A stretch of DNA of 64,000 bases. It comes from Candidatus Parcubacteria bacterium (GTDB lineage Bacteria > Patescibacteriota > Minisyncoccia > UBA6257 > 2-01-FULL-56-20). The notes below the pieces were generated by a model. The model worked only from the letters and a program-made list of their open reading frames with translations. It had not been told where the DNA came from and did no database searches. Shown piece by piece: positions 20,293-30,247 of the stretch (positions within the stretch are counted from its first letter, which is position 1; each line of letters starts with the position of its first letter). A program made the translations under genes and the position numbers. The stretch lies in contig DAIDJL010000005.1 in assembly GCA_027450205.1 (NCBI GenBank), positions 251 to 64,250 of the forward strand. The letters are read 5' to 3'.

Positions 20293-20592
20293 CGCCAAAA
20301 AAAGTCGTTGCAAGGGCCGTTCTCGTGTGGGTAATGAATCCACTCGAAATTGGCCCTTGCGGGAGGAAATCGCTGTGCGCGGACGGTGTGTACACACCGG
20401 AAGGATCGTAGCAACCCCTTGCTACCCGGCACGCAGATCCCCGAATTCCCATATCTTGTCTCTGTCAATTCAAATCTAACCTTAGCGTAGGCGCATTGGC
20501 AAAAAATGTCAACCCCCTCAAATACCCCGTAAAACAAGGTGCCGGCAGGCACCGGACGTTTATCCGCCGCCTGCCAGCCAAGCCAAACGGGA

Positions 20593-21150
20593 CTATCGGG
20601 ACCAGATGATCCGGCCCTTATAGCCCGTTGCAAGCCTTACCTGTTGGTCTATCCGTGCGTCATTTCGTATGTTGCTGCCCGCGGCAATCGAGTTCAACGT
20701 TCCCTTTAAGAGGAGCGTTCCGATCCCGAGAGCCCGCCATCGTCCCCCACGTGCATAGAGTCTGCGGCTATAGCGGTCGATTCCGGCATTCAGGATTACA
20801 TTCGCGGCCACCGCAGTAACCGCATCCCGATTGCCGAAAACGCCTGCCCAGCCCGTCTCTTTGACGTAATAGTGAGTGAGAAAACTGCCATCACTCCTAT
20901 TCGCTGTCGTAGGGTGACTCAACCCCTGAACGGTGGTTGTCATGTCAAACGCCGTGCCTCCGGCGAGAAAAGCCTCGGAAGCCCTGAAGCCGAAACTGGT
21001 TTTTTGGACCTGCTTCGCCTCGGGTGCTTTCGGGACCTCGTCTCCTTCCGGGGAAAAGGACGTTTGAGCATATGCGGACGACGATGAGTTCATTACGCTC
21101 ATCGCCAACAACATGCCGATGAATCCGACACGGATTAGGTTAAGGTACAT
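20593..21150 (-). CDS. secreted hypothetical protein
   Basis: The N-terminal signal peptide is MYLNLIRVGFIGMLLAMSVMNSSSSAYAQT. There are no recognised domains. Confidence 0.45.
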   Translation of the reverse strand: MYLNLIRVGFIGMLLAMSVMNSSSSAYAQTSFSPEGDEVPKAPEAKQVQKTSFGFRASEAFLAGGTAFDMTTTVQGLSHPTTANRSDGSFLTHYYVKETGWAGVFGNRDAVTAVAANVILNAGIDRYSRRLYARGGRWRALGIGTLLLKGTLNSIAAGSNIRNDARIDQQVRLATGYKGRIIWSR

Positions 21151-21268
21151 TGGGGTTTTTCTCCTTCTGCACGGTCTTTTGTGCTGGAGGGAATTTTAAC
21201 ACATATCGCCAGATTTGACAAGTATCTGGCGATGTGGTTATTTCTTATTTCTAAAAATGATACCTCCT

Positions 21269-24200
21269 TTACTGCGCCCCCGGGCAGCCCGCGCCGTTCG
21301 GATTCTGTTCGCACAGGCCGGATCCGCCCACGGTCACCTGAACGGTGGAATTCACCGAATCGCTGCTGTAATTGCTGTTCACGCAGGTCAATGTGTATGT
21401 GGTGGTGACGGACGGCGTGGTGGTGGCGGTTCCGCTGATGTTCCCCGGACTCGGCGAGGCGTAAATGGGGGCAGATCCGGTAAGGTCGCCTCCCGTCAAT
21501 TGGCACTCGGTAACGTGGGAACAGCTGTACGACAAACTTGACGATTCGGGGACGACGATGGAGGACGGGCTTGCGGTGAGCACCGGATTGCAGGTGGCTT
21601 GGCAGCTGGCAGAGGTGCACGCCGGAGGAGGCGGGGTGCTTACGGTTACCAGCGTGGATCCCGATTTTGTCGGATCCTGTTTTGATGTTGCCATGATCGT
21701 CGTCATGCCGGCGGATCCCGGAGCGGTATACCCGCCCGCGGCGGTGATGGTACCCGCGCTCGCGGACCATGTCACTGCGGAGCTATATCCTCCGGCGCCG
21801 CCGACGATTGCACTGCACGTGGAAGTTCCGTTCGTATAGATAGAAGAAGGATTGCAGGTCACGGTTACCCCCGAAACGCTGCCGCTGAATCCGCATGCGG
21901 TATCGCATTGCCCCACCGTGGCGTATTGCGCGCCGGATCCCACCGAAACGCACGCGTTGCTGGAGCAGCTATATCCGGCACCGCCCGAACCGGTGACGGT
22001 AAAGGTGACGGTGAGTGTTTGGGTGGGCGAACCTGCGCCTGGATGCGAAGTGCCGAAGAAACTTATCGTCCCCGTATGCTGCCCCAAACTCAACCCCGCG
22101 GGATTCGCAGTGATAGTGACATTTTCCGATGCCTTGCCGGAAGCGCCATTCGTAAGGCCGGTATTGTCTGAAGCTGGAGAAACGGAAAGCCAGCTGGCAT
22201 TTGAACTTGCAGTCCACGTAAGCGTCGATCCCGGCGCGCCGGTGTTAGTGATGGTCACCGGCTGCGTGACTGCGACCCCGTTTGATGCCGCCGTAGGCGA
22301 CCACGTATTCTGGCTTATGCCCATGGTCGCGATCGGATCCCAGAGAATGACGTAATTTATCGATCCTCCGCCATTCGGCATGGTCAGACTCCCGACATTA
22401 TTAGGACAGCTTGTCGGAGTCGCATTGATCATGCCGCAATAGGTATATGCAAGCGCATCAGGGGAAACGATCCCCTTGCCGAACGAGAGGACAGTATCAA
22501 GCCAATTCGGCAATCGGCTGGCAATAGGAACCTGCCGCACTGAACGCAACACATATCCGCTCGGAGTCGCGGCGTTATTGATTTGAAGCGTATATGTATC
22601 TATTGCGACATTTTGATAAGTTGCATTAGTGGCGGGTGCACACCACGATGCTCCGCAGGGATTATCTTGCGCCGTATTGGCTTCCAAAAGCCACTGCGCC
22701 GTAAGCGGACCATGGGTTTGTGAATTTTCCGATGCGACCGCGATGGTGCCGTTGGCAGGAGCTCCAACCTGTATCGTCTTCGATATCGGTGATCCGAAAT
22801 TGCCGGAGCCTTTGCTGAGCATCTGCCATGTCTCGGTATAAAGTCCTGCGGTTGAAGGCGCGGTGAGTGAATTAAGCTTGAACACGGCCGTCGCACCCGG
22901 CGCGATGTTCGGATTACCCGACACCGTGCATTGGATCTGGGAGCTCCATGTGGCATTGCATCCGTTGATCCAATTTCCTCCGCATCCAGGCGAAGAACAT
23001 GACGTTGGGCTTTGGCACGTTTGACCAAAACTGCCAGTATTCGGACCGGGGCACGACCCCAGGCTGGTGCACGAACTTTGCGTGGTGCACGCGCTATTGC
23101 TGCATGCCGCCGGGCCTACCGTGCAGGTACGCTGGGTCACCTGGCTGTACTGCGCCGGATTGCTGCCGACCGTGAATGAACCGGAAATATGTTGAAGTTC
23201 AAAAACATCCGAATAATTGTTCATTGACACCGTGCACGACGTTCCCTGCGGATCGCTCGCGGAAGGCTGGGTTCCGCCGGTGCCGTTGCACGTTCCGGAT
23301 TGTGTTCCGGCGATCGGAGTCGATTGATCCGACACCCAGGCAGATCCGCCTGTGTTTGTGACGGTTATTTCCACCGGACTGCCGTTCGTACCCGTCGTGA
23401 CGTTCTGCGATACGTTCGTTGAAGCGGGAATATTATTGGATGCGCCGCTGGCGTTATACGATCCCCCGCTCATATAAATACGGAAATAGTTCGGCGTGTC
23501 GCTGAGAGCCGCCGGGTCTCCGCAATTTCCATTCGTCCATCCATATGCAAAACCGGGAGGGTAAGAGGCGTAGCCAAATGCGCCCGGATTGGTGACGGCA
23601 CTAACCCCGCCTCCGATCGGAGTGAACTCGGCGCCGTCCGGATGGGCAATGACATTCGGCGGCAATCCGGAATCGCCGGGATATTGGGGAAGAGACCCGT
23701 TTCCGCCGATCTGGTGCAAACATTGCGCACCGATGCCCGGATTGCTTGAATTATATTCAATGAACTGGATGCCGAGCTGGACATTGTTGACCACCTCCCC
23801 CGCCGGCAACGAACGGGTCTGGACGGTGATAGCCGGTATGCCGCTTGGAATGAGCCACGGCCCCGATCCGCCGCTTCCTCCCCACGGACTCCACCAGGTG
23901 GCGGCGTTCGAACTATTATATTCTGGCACATTATGCGAATCCGATATCTGGCTTGTTCCCGCAGGCGCGGCAGCACTCGCCCATGGGGTCCACAAGCATT
24001 GCGTTCCCACGGCTCCCCGCGCATCCTGCAGACATAATTCAACCCTGAAATCCTGGTTGAACGGGCCGGATCCCGATATTTTCAGCTGTCCGCCGTTGAT
24101 ATTTTGTGTTCCCGCCCCCCAATTGGAGGTGTCATATGATGGAATGAACGTGACCGTAGGAGCGCCGCTGGCAGCGGAAGCCGTCTTTGGAAGAGAATAG

Positions 24201-24283
24201 ACCACGAACGCGAAATATGCGGCGGCAAACAGCGCGACGGAGGTTCCGATGATCTTAATGATTTTTTTTGTATTCATGGTCAT
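21269..24283 (-). CDS. giant Ser/Thr/Gly/Cys-rich cell-surface protein
   Basis: The N-terminal TM/signal is MTMNTKKIIKIIGTSVALFAAAYFAFVVYSL. The 1004-aa sequence is low-complexity with many Cys pairs. The frame is open over 3 kb in 60% GC DNA. Confidence 0.6.
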   Translation of the reverse strand: MTMNTKKIIKIIGTSVALFAAAYFAFVVYSLPKTASAASGAPTVTFIPSYDTSNWGAGTQNINGGQLKISGSGPFNQDFRVELCLQDARGAVGTQCLWTPWASAAAPAGTSQISDSHNVPEYNSSNAATWWSPWGGSGGSGPWLIPSGIPAITVQTRSLPAGEVVNNVQLGIQFIEYNSSNPGIGAQCLHQIGGNGSLPQYPGDSGLPPNVIAHPDGAEFTPIGGGVSAVTNPGAFGYASYPPGFAYGWTNGNCGDPAALSDTPNYFRIYMSGGSYNASGASNNIPASTNVSQNVTTGTNGSPVEITVTNTGGSAWVSDQSTPIAGTQSGTCNGTGGTQPSASDPQGTSCTVSMNNYSDVFELQHISGSFTVGSNPAQYSQVTQRTCTVGPAACSNSACTTQSSCTSLGSCPGPNTGSFGQTCQSPTSCSSPGCGGNWINGCNATWSSQIQCTVSGNPNIAPGATAVFKLNSLTAPSTAGLYTETWQMLSKGSGNFGSPISKTIQVGAPANGTIAVASENSQTHGPLTAQWLLEANTAQDNPCGASWCAPATNATYQNVAIDTYTLQINNAATPSGYVLRSVRQVPIASRLPNWLDTVLSFGKGIVSPDALAYTYCGMINATPTSCPNNVGSLTMPNGGGSINYVILWDPIATMGISQNTWSPTAASNGVAVTQPVTITNTGAPGSTLTWTASSNASWLSVSPASDNTGLTNGASGKASENVTITANPAGLSLGQHTGTISFFGTSHPGAGSPTQTLTVTFTVTGSGGAGYSCSSNACVSVGSGAQYATVGQCDTACGFSGSVSGVTVTCNPSSIYTNGTSTCSAIVGGAGGYSSAVTWSASAGTITAAGGYTAPGSAGMTTIMATSKQDPTKSGSTLVTVSTPPPPACTSASCQATCNPVLTASPSSIVVPESSSLSYSCSHVTECQLTGGDLTGSAPIYASPSPGNISGTATTTPSVTTTYTLTCVNSNYSSDSVNSTVQVTVGGSGLCEQNPNGAGCPGAQ

Positions 24284-24284
24284 A

Positions 24285-24734
24285 TTATTTCACAAGATAT
24301 GTGATCGTCACCTGAGAACCTCCCCCGTGTGCGTTGATGGCAACCTGAACACTCGAAGAGGCATTTCCCCCGGCGATGCCCCGAAAACCGGACAAGCTAT
24401 TCATGTCGTTCGTGATCGTCCACCCGTTCGCCGGAAGATATTGTTTGTATTGCGTGTAGAGCGACACCACCGTACTCGACGAATCGTATTCTGCCGTGTA
24501 TTGGTTGGTGCTTGAGGAATAATTTATGGAGTAGCTCCCGCTGATCGCCGCATTGCTGTCAAGAATGAGCGACTTGGGGAATTGCGGCACAAGCTGACCC
24601 TGCGGCGCAAAGACCGGTGCCGGACCGGAACTCGCCGGCTGTTTTGACGACGGCCTCCAGGCAAATGCGAACACGACGGCAAGAACAACCACCACGACGC
24701 CGACCCACACCCAGATGCGCTTTGAATCTTTCAT
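24285..24734 (-). CDS. small membrane-anchored secreted protein
   Basis: The start was moved to MKDSKRIWVWVGVVVVVLAVVFAFAW, a signal/anchor. The upstream part of the track ORF is an Arg-rich artefact. Confidence 0.4.
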   Translation of the reverse strand: MKDSKRIWVWVGVVVVVLAVVFAFAWRPSSKQPASSGPAPVFAPQGQLVPQFPKSLILDSNAAISGSYSINYSSSTNQYTAEYDSSSTVVSLYTQYKQYLPANGWTITNDMNSLSGFRGIAGGNASSSVQVAINAHGGGSQVTITYLVK

Positions 24735-24825
24735 CTCTTTATAGTAACAGATGCGCGGAAAACGGGGGCTGTGGATAATCGGAGATAGAAAACGCCCCTC
24801 TCGTTGTTCTGAGAGGGGCGAAGGA

Positions 24826-26730
24826 TCACTGGTTCGGCACAAGCCCGATCTGGCTCCGCTGGGACGAAACAATGTTCGTCCCGTCAAAGCCGAGACCGAC
24901 GGAAAGGAGGGGCGACGTGCTCGTAAGCGGGGTGACCGCTCCCGATGCCGCATCCACCCAAGCGTACGCCGTCGTTGCATTCACAGGGTTTGCGTATGCA
25001 ACGAGGACGCGGCCGTTGACGTCGTCCGCAACGATGCGGAACGGAATGCCGGAGAGCTTTACGCTCTGCGTGACCGTCCACGTGCTCTCGTTCACGAGCA
25101 CAAGAAGCTGGTCATAGGTGGAAAGCACGGCAATGGTCCCGGAAGCGGGGCCGCTGTCGAACACTATCACCTGCCATCCGCCCGCGGTAACATTCGCCGC
25201 CTGCACCGCGCTTGCCGGCGTGATGCCCGGAAGCGGGAGCGCAGGCTCCTCTCCGGTATACGCATCCGACGCGCGCACCTTATGAAGCAGGGGCGACGGC
25301 GTATCGTTTACGGAGAGAACGAATGCATCGGTTTCGGTGCCGAACGTCCCCATCGCGATCGGTTCCGGATCGTTACCAAGGTTGGAAGCGGTGACAAATG
25401 GTGTTGCTCCTTGCCCCCCAGTAAGATCAAAACAATACGCTGCATTATTGGATGGTTGCGTAAAGCAGGTAAATCCATTTTTTGCAGCGGTTGCCATGAT
25501 GGTACCCGAAGGAAGGTTCTGGGCATAGGGGGTGTAAGACCTATCGCAAGATCCAGCACCACCATTTTGGGCACTTGCATCGTATGCAACTCCGTCGACG
25601 ATAAAAAACCCTGTTACATCATCTACGGCGATGCTATGCAACAACGCCCCAATATAACAATTGCTTTCCGCGGTTCCGTCGGCTTTGTATTTCCGAACGT
25701 AACCGTTTTGCCCCGACGGAGCACCCTGCGCCTGATCGAGAAAAAACCATTCCCCGGTCGAAGAAGACGCAAGATAGTTCCGCGCGCCGAGGAACGCAAG
25801 CGTTCCCGGAGTGCCGCAATTGGTGCCGTTGGAATTTTCGCAAAGATTCATGGTAATGAATCCCGGCGAATAGTGCGGGGTGTCAAAGGAAAGACTGAGA
25901 GCGATCTGGGTCGGGCTCACCACTTGAGCAATGGCTCCGCTTCCAAATACGATCCCGCTCGTGATAAACGTTTGTCCTACCGCAAAACCAGATCCGTTGA
26001 CCTGGATATTCCCCACTATGATCTCTGCGTCCGCATAGATCGTTGCAGGCACCACCGAGGTGATGTCGGGCAGAGGCGCCGCGTTCACGGTGACCGTTGC
26101 GGAAGCATTTGCGCTTCCTCCCGCTCCCGTGCATACGAGCGTGTACGTTGCCGTACCGGTGGCCGTCGGCGTCTCCGTTACGGAGCCGCTTGTGGCCTGG
26201 GTTCCGGACCACGCACCCGATGCCGTGCAGGACGTTGCGTTCGTTGAACTCCAGGTGAGCGCCGTCGTGCTTCCGAGCGTAATGACGGAAGGCGACGCCG
26301 TGATCGAGGCGGTGGGATTTTGTGCCACCGGCAGGTCTATCGTGACCGTCGCGGATCCCGTGATGTTTGTATATCCAGGAACCGTTGAGGCCGCCGTGAT
26401 GGTGGCCGTCGTGGTCGCGGTAATCGTTGAAGAAGAGGTGAATACTCCTCCCGAGGTGATCGTTCCGGCAGTTGCCGGACTGACCGACCAGGTGACCGCT
26501 TGGCTCGGGTTATCCTGCCCTGCGACCGTCGCGGTGAAGGAGATGCTATCTCCCGCCATAATGGTTTTGGTTGCCGGGCTGACCGTCACCGAAGTGACCG
26601 TGGTGGTCGTTCCGCCGCTGGAGGTATTCCCTCCGCAACCGGTGGATGTGATGGTAAAGGCGACGCCCAGGCAGAAAAACAGCCCGAGCGCAAAAGACGA
26701 TACACTGTTCGCAAAGGCAGCTCTGCGCAT
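24826..26730 (-). CDS. surface lipoprotein with bacterial Ig-like (Big_2) domains
   Basis: The signal plus a lipobox-like ITSTGC reads MRRAAFANSVSSFALGLFFCLGVAFTITSTGCGG. Big_2-like repeats read VTSVTVSPATKTIMAGDSISFTATVAG...VTWSVS. The remainder is Thr/Ser-rich and likely beta-rich. Confidence 0.6.
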   Translation of the reverse strand: MRRAAFANSVSSFALGLFFCLGVAFTITSTGCGGNTSSGGTTTTVTSVTVSPATKTIMAGDSISFTATVAGQDNPSQAVTWSVSPATAGTITSGGVFTSSSTITATTTATITAASTVPGYTNITGSATVTIDLPVAQNPTASITASPSVITLGSTTALTWSSTNATSCTASGAWSGTQATSGSVTETPTATGTATYTLVCTGAGGSANASATVTVNAAPLPDITSVVPATIYADAEIIVGNIQVNGSGFAVGQTFITSGIVFGSGAIAQVVSPTQIALSLSFDTPHYSPGFITMNLCENSNGTNCGTPGTLAFLGARNYLASSSTGEWFFLDQAQGAPSGQNGYVRKYKADGTAESNCYIGALLHSIAVDDVTGFFIVDGVAYDASAQNGGAGSCDRSYTPYAQNLPSGTIMATAAKNGFTCFTQPSNNAAYCFDLTGGQGATPFVTASNLGNDPEPIAMGTFGTETDAFVLSVNDTPSPLLHKVRASDAYTGEEPALPLPGITPASAVQAANVTAGGWQVIVFDSGPASGTIAVLSTYDQLLVLVNESTWTVTQSVKLSGIPFRIVADDVNGRVLVAYANPVNATTAYAWVDAASGAVTPLTSTSPLLSVGLGFDGTNIVSSQRSQIGLVPNQ

Positions 26731-26868
26731 GGTCGTTCCTCCTTGTTCCGTAATTCCGTGATATTCCGTTGTGATAGGCTTGCAAGAGCCTCCGCAGACT
26801 AAAACAGCCCGCAGTCGTACTGGTTACAGTTATAGCAGATAAATGGAGGAATGTAAAGGGGGGGTGGA

Positions 26869-27510
26869 TCAGCACTGCGCCGGGCTTGCTCCCGGCACGC
26901 AATCTATCGTGCGCGCGCTCACGGTGGTCTGGAGATTGATGACATCGCTTGCGACCGCCGGATCGGTGGAGCTGGGCGCTATACCGATGGAGATGGTGAC
27001 GCGCGGCGTCCAATGATCGCCTTCCACCTGTCCATAGAGCTGGAATTGCAGGTACCTCACCGATACTTCGTTGCCGGTGACGGCCTGGGCCGGGTTTGCG
27101 TTGACGGATTCCATAAGCGCGCCGGTGGTGGAAGTGGAATACAAAATATGGTTGCTTTCGGCGTCATAGAAATCAAGCGCATTGCAGGTCCATGAGCCCG
27201 ACGGGGCGGGAGGGTACGAAAGCGTACAGCCGCAATCCGGAACGGATCCCGCGGGCGTGGTGCCGAGCGCGCCGCTGCCGGTCTGCGTGTTCCCTATCGT
27301 ATTGCAGAAAAGATATCCCGTGCGGATCTGGCGCGCCATCTGCTCGAGCACGAGGCTTACGTTGCTCTGCGCCGAGATAAGCGATGAAACCTGCCGCTGG
27401 GTGCGGACCGCGTTCGTGAATCCGCCCACCGCGATCGTGATGATGATGATGAAAAGCCCCACGGTCACCATCAGCTCGACAAGCGTGAATCCTTTTTTCA
27501 TGTTATTCAT
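26869..27510 (-). CDS. type IV pseudopilin / minor pilin
   Basis: The prepilin N-terminus is MNNMKKGFTLVELMVTVGLFIIIITIAVGGF. Confidence 0.65.
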   Translation of the reverse strand: MNNMKKGFTLVELMVTVGLFIIIITIAVGGFTNAVRTQRQVSSLISAQSNVSLVLEQMARQIRTGYLFCNTIGNTQTGSGALGTTPAGSVPDCGCTLSYPPAPSGSWTCNALDFYDAESNHILYSTSTTGALMESVNANPAQAVTGNEVSVRYLQFQLYGQVEGDHWTPRVTISIGIAPSSTDPAVASDVINLQTTVSARTIDCVPGASPAQC

Positions 27511-28061
27511 GGCTGCCAGTTATAGAAATGGTCTTCAAGAGTGATGCTGTTGGAGATCCCGCCGTCGGTCCATGCGACGGTCGATTGCACGTCAAGTTCG
27601 TTGCCGTTGTTCGCGACGTAGATCGTGCGGGTAAAATTCGTTGCCACGGCCCCGGAGGGGTCAAAGCTGAAGAGGTGCGTGGTCGGATTGAAATACAGCG
27701 TGCTGCGGGCGGCGCTCGGCGGAGAAGACTGGTACTTCAGGCTTGAAGGGCTGCACGTGACCGTCTGGTAATCTATCGGATAATAATATCCCTGCCCGTG
27801 CGGAAAACAGCTCCCCCAGCTGTAGCGCGGATTTCCGGACAGGTATTCGTACACGTCGTGATCGATCAAATTTTTCGCAAGCTCGATCCCTTCCGCGGCA
27901 AGGTACGTGCCCTGCGTGTCGTACATGGTCGTACGGTTCAACTGGAACGATTTCGTAAGGAGCGTGGCGATACCGATGAATCCCGTCGTAAGAATGCTGA
28001 GTGCGACGAGCGCTTCAACGAGCGTCTGGCCGCGGCGGGAGGAATGGGCGAAAGGGCTCAT
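27507..28061 (-). CDS. PilV-like minor pilin
   Basis: RGQTLVEALVALSILTTGFIGIATL matches the PilV-type N-terminus. There is a 4-bp overlap with the downstream gene. Confidence 0.6.
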   Translation of the reverse strand: MSPFAHSSRRGQTLVEALVALSILTTGFIGIATLLTKSFQLNRTTMYDTQGTYLAAEGIELAKNLIDHDVYEYLSGNPRYSWGSCFPHGQGYYYPIDYQTVTCSPSSLKYQSSPPSAARSTLYFNPTTHLFSFDPSGAVATNFTRTIYVANNGNELDVQSTVAWTDGGISNSITLEDHFYNWQP

Positions 28062-28089
28062 GGTTACATTCTATCGCATATGGGGCATT

Positions 28090-28710
28090 CTATAAACTGA
28101 CCTGCCCCGCGGAATTGACGCCGATCGTGCGCACGGCGCTCCCGTCGGCAGTGCTCAGATAGATATATGCGGTCGGCGCGGCGGGAGTGGTGAACGACCC
28201 GAGAAAAGTGTTGTTGCTGATGTTTACGAGAGTATACGGGTCGGGAGGATAGAACAGTATGTCCTGGATGGTATCACTCGCAGCGCCGCCGTCGTGCAAT
28301 ACGACGCCCTGCGCGACGTGGACATTCCAGCTTCCATTGGCGTAAATTTTCATAGAACCCGCGCTGACCGCGCCGGCGGCGGTCGTGCTTGCAAGCGACG
28401 GGCAAATCTCCCTGCCGCCGCCGGATACCGGCTGCGCGGTATTATATTCAAAGAGCGAATAGGTGGAACTTGCATAATTAAAATGCACGCCGTATGCGCA
28501 CGTCTTGACGTTCGCGGCATAGGTCGCGACGGAAAGATCTTTCGCCTCAAGGATAAGCTCCGCGATCTTTGATTCCTCTATGGAGAGCGATATCTGGTCC
28601 TGCCCCGCGTGGGTATACACGATCGCAAGGCCCGAAAGCAGCGCCGTGATCGCGAGAACCACGAGTATCTCTATCATGGTAAAACCGTTCTTGTTCATCC
28701 GTATATCCAT
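28090..28710 (-). CDS. type IV pseudopilin (GspH/FimT-like)
   Basis: The prepilin N-terminus is MNKNGFTMIEILVVLAITALLSGLAI. Confidence 0.65.
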   Translation of the reverse strand: MDIRMNKNGFTMIEILVVLAITALLSGLAIVYTHAGQDQISLSIEESKIAELILEAKDLSVATYAANVKTCAYGVHFNYASSTYSLFEYNTAQPVSGGGREICPSLASTTAAGAVSAGSMKIYANGSWNVHVAQGVVLHDGGAASDTIQDILFYPPDPYTLVNISNNTFLGSFTTPAAPTAYIYLSTADGSAVRTIGVNSAGQVSL

Positions 28711-28731
28711 TCTATCACTTTGGCGGCATCT

Positions 28732-29589
28732 TCACCGGATCCCGAGCAGCGAGAAGTACCAGCTGAAGATCGGCGCTCCCCAGAAAAACAACGTCGCCGC
28801 ACCAAGCGCGAGGAACGGCCCGAATGGCAGCGTGCCCTTCATGCTGTTCTTCCCACGCACGATGGCGAGCACGCCGACCGCGGCGCCGGCGACGAACGCG
28901 AACACCAGCACGAAAACAATGTCCGGCCAGCCGAAGACGAGCCCGAGCGGGATGGCAAGCTTGAGGTCTCCCATACCCATCCCCCTGCCGCGCGTGGCGG
29001 CAATGAGCAGGGCGAAGAACGCGCCGGCGCCGACCGCGCCGACGGCCCTCGCGAGGATCGCGCTCCCCTGCGCGCCGAAGATCGCGGCATACGGGCCGAG
29101 GAACGACTGGTTCGCCGGGCCGAAATATCCGACAGAAACGATCGCAAGAAAAACGCCGATCACGCCGAGAAAGATGTTGATCTCGTCCGGGATGATGCCA
29201 AGCCGGATATCTATCGCCGCCATGACGAGCAGCGCCTCGAACACGGCGACCCACAACGCGGCGATAGCGATGAGCGGCGCGGCACCGGTTCCCAGCACAA
29301 GCGGCACGAACGCGAAGACCGACCCCGAGAGCAATTCAACGATGGGATACTGGATGTTCAGCCGCGCTTTGCAGCGCCGGCAGCGGCCGCCCTGCAATAA
29401 AAAGCTGAAAAGCGGCACCAATTCGAACCATCGCAGCGTTTGCCTGCAATGCATGCAATGCGACCGGCCGCCGATCATCTTCGCATCCAATAAAAAATGC
29501 TCACCGTCATAGCGCAGTATGACGACGTTCAAAAAACTTCCGATCGCGATGCCGAAAATGAAAAGTGTGACCAATGTCAGCGGATCCAT
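28732..29589 (-). CDS. pilD: prepilin peptidase (A24 family)
   Basis: It has N-terminal Cys pairs (HCMHCRQ...CRRCK) and is polytopic. The catalytic Asp region is GMGMGDLKLAIPLG. Confidence 0.85.
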   Translation of the reverse strand: MDPLTLVTLFIFGIAIGSFLNVVILRYDGEHFLLDAKMIGGRSHCMHCRQTLRWFELVPLFSFLLQGGRCRRCKARLNIQYPIVELLSGSVFAFVPLVLGTGAAPLIAIAALWVAVFEALLVMAAIDIRLGIIPDEINIFLGVIGVFLAIVSVGYFGPANQSFLGPYAAIFGAQGSAILARAVGAVGAGAFFALLIAATRGRGMGMGDLKLAIPLGLVFGWPDIVFVLVFAFVAGAAVGVLAIVRGKNSMKGTLPFGPFLALGAATLFFWGAPIFSWYFSLLGIR

Positions 29590-29710
29590 CCATAGTATGA
29601 TAGCAGAAAACGCCGGCCGTTACTTTAAAAATATATTGATCGTCCCGCCGGGCGCATCAAAAAACCCGCCGAAGCGGGATTTTGAGGAATGTTCCAAAAA
29701 CAGGGAATGC

Positions 29711-30187
29711 CTACAGCGAAACGCAGAACTGCTGTGCGGTCTGGGTGCAGGTAAGCGTCGCGCCATCCGTTATGCCCGCTGCCGTAAAGTTCGTCGGAGG
29801 GGCATAATTGGTCCATTCTGAACCGTTCGCGCTTTCCATGTTTGCTCCAAGCTCATAGGTGGTAGCCCCCGTATTCCAGGCATAAATATAGTTCTTTCCG
29901 CTGCTCGGATCGTTCGGAACGGAATTCACCCCGATACCCGCGCCGGTAAGCGTCGTCTGGAACGTGGCCCACGTGGCAGGATTTGGAATTGGATATGCTC
30001 CATTTTTGTTATAGTAGAGCTCCAAGCCGTTCTGCACCTCGTGCAAGTCGGAAAGCCGCCGCGCGTCCCTGCCTGCCTGCTGGGTCGGGCCGAGACCAAC
30101 CAATACGACCGACGCCAAAATGGCGATGATCGCAACGACGATCAAGATTTCAATCAGGGTAAAGCCCTTTCTTTCGTTTTTAATCAT
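29711..30187 (-). CDS. pilA: type IV pilin (major pilin candidate)
   Basis: MIKNERKGFTLIEILIVVAIIAILASVVLV. The size is 158 aa and it has a C-terminal Cys pair (CTQTAQQFC). Confidence 0.7.
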   Translation of the reverse strand: MIKNERKGFTLIEILIVVAIIAILASVVLVGLGPTQQAGRDARRLSDLHEVQNGLELYYNKNGAYPIPNPATWATFQTTLTGAGIGVNSVPNDPSSGKNYIYAWNTGATTYELGANMESANGSEWTNYAPPTNFTAAGITDGATLTCTQTAQQFCVSL

Positions 30188-30247
30188 GTTCTTTTAGAGG
30201 GAAATCTTCTCGACCTTTTGATAATATCAACTTAATCATTATAGCAT

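Noticed and set aside
20104-20397. N-terminal 97-aa extension of ORF 19636..20397 and ORFs 20153..20452 / 20256..20633
   Set aside because: Arg/Pro-rich, overlapping the hairpin-dense non-coding region. The pilX-like protein starts convincingly at the ATG at 20103 with its hydrophobic helix.
20385-20420. CCGGAAGGA...GCAGC-like stretch reminiscent of SRP RNA helix 8
   Set aside because: Surrounding sequence does not form the conserved SRP domain IV. The GTGTACAC core is a self-palindrome. I also failed to find the RNase P P4/CR-I/CR-V or tmRNA T-arm/tag features by eye.
24751-26247. 498-aa Arg/Gly-rich plus-strand ORF
   Set aside because: Antisense to the Big_2 lipoprotein gene (24826..26730). 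It is a compositional artefact.
28580-29512. 310-aa and 263-aa plus-strand ORFs (28580..29512, 28609..29400) and a 179-aa minus ORF (28715..29254)
   Set aside because: All overlap the well-supported pilD gene in other frames or antisense. They are Arg/Pro-rich low-complexity.
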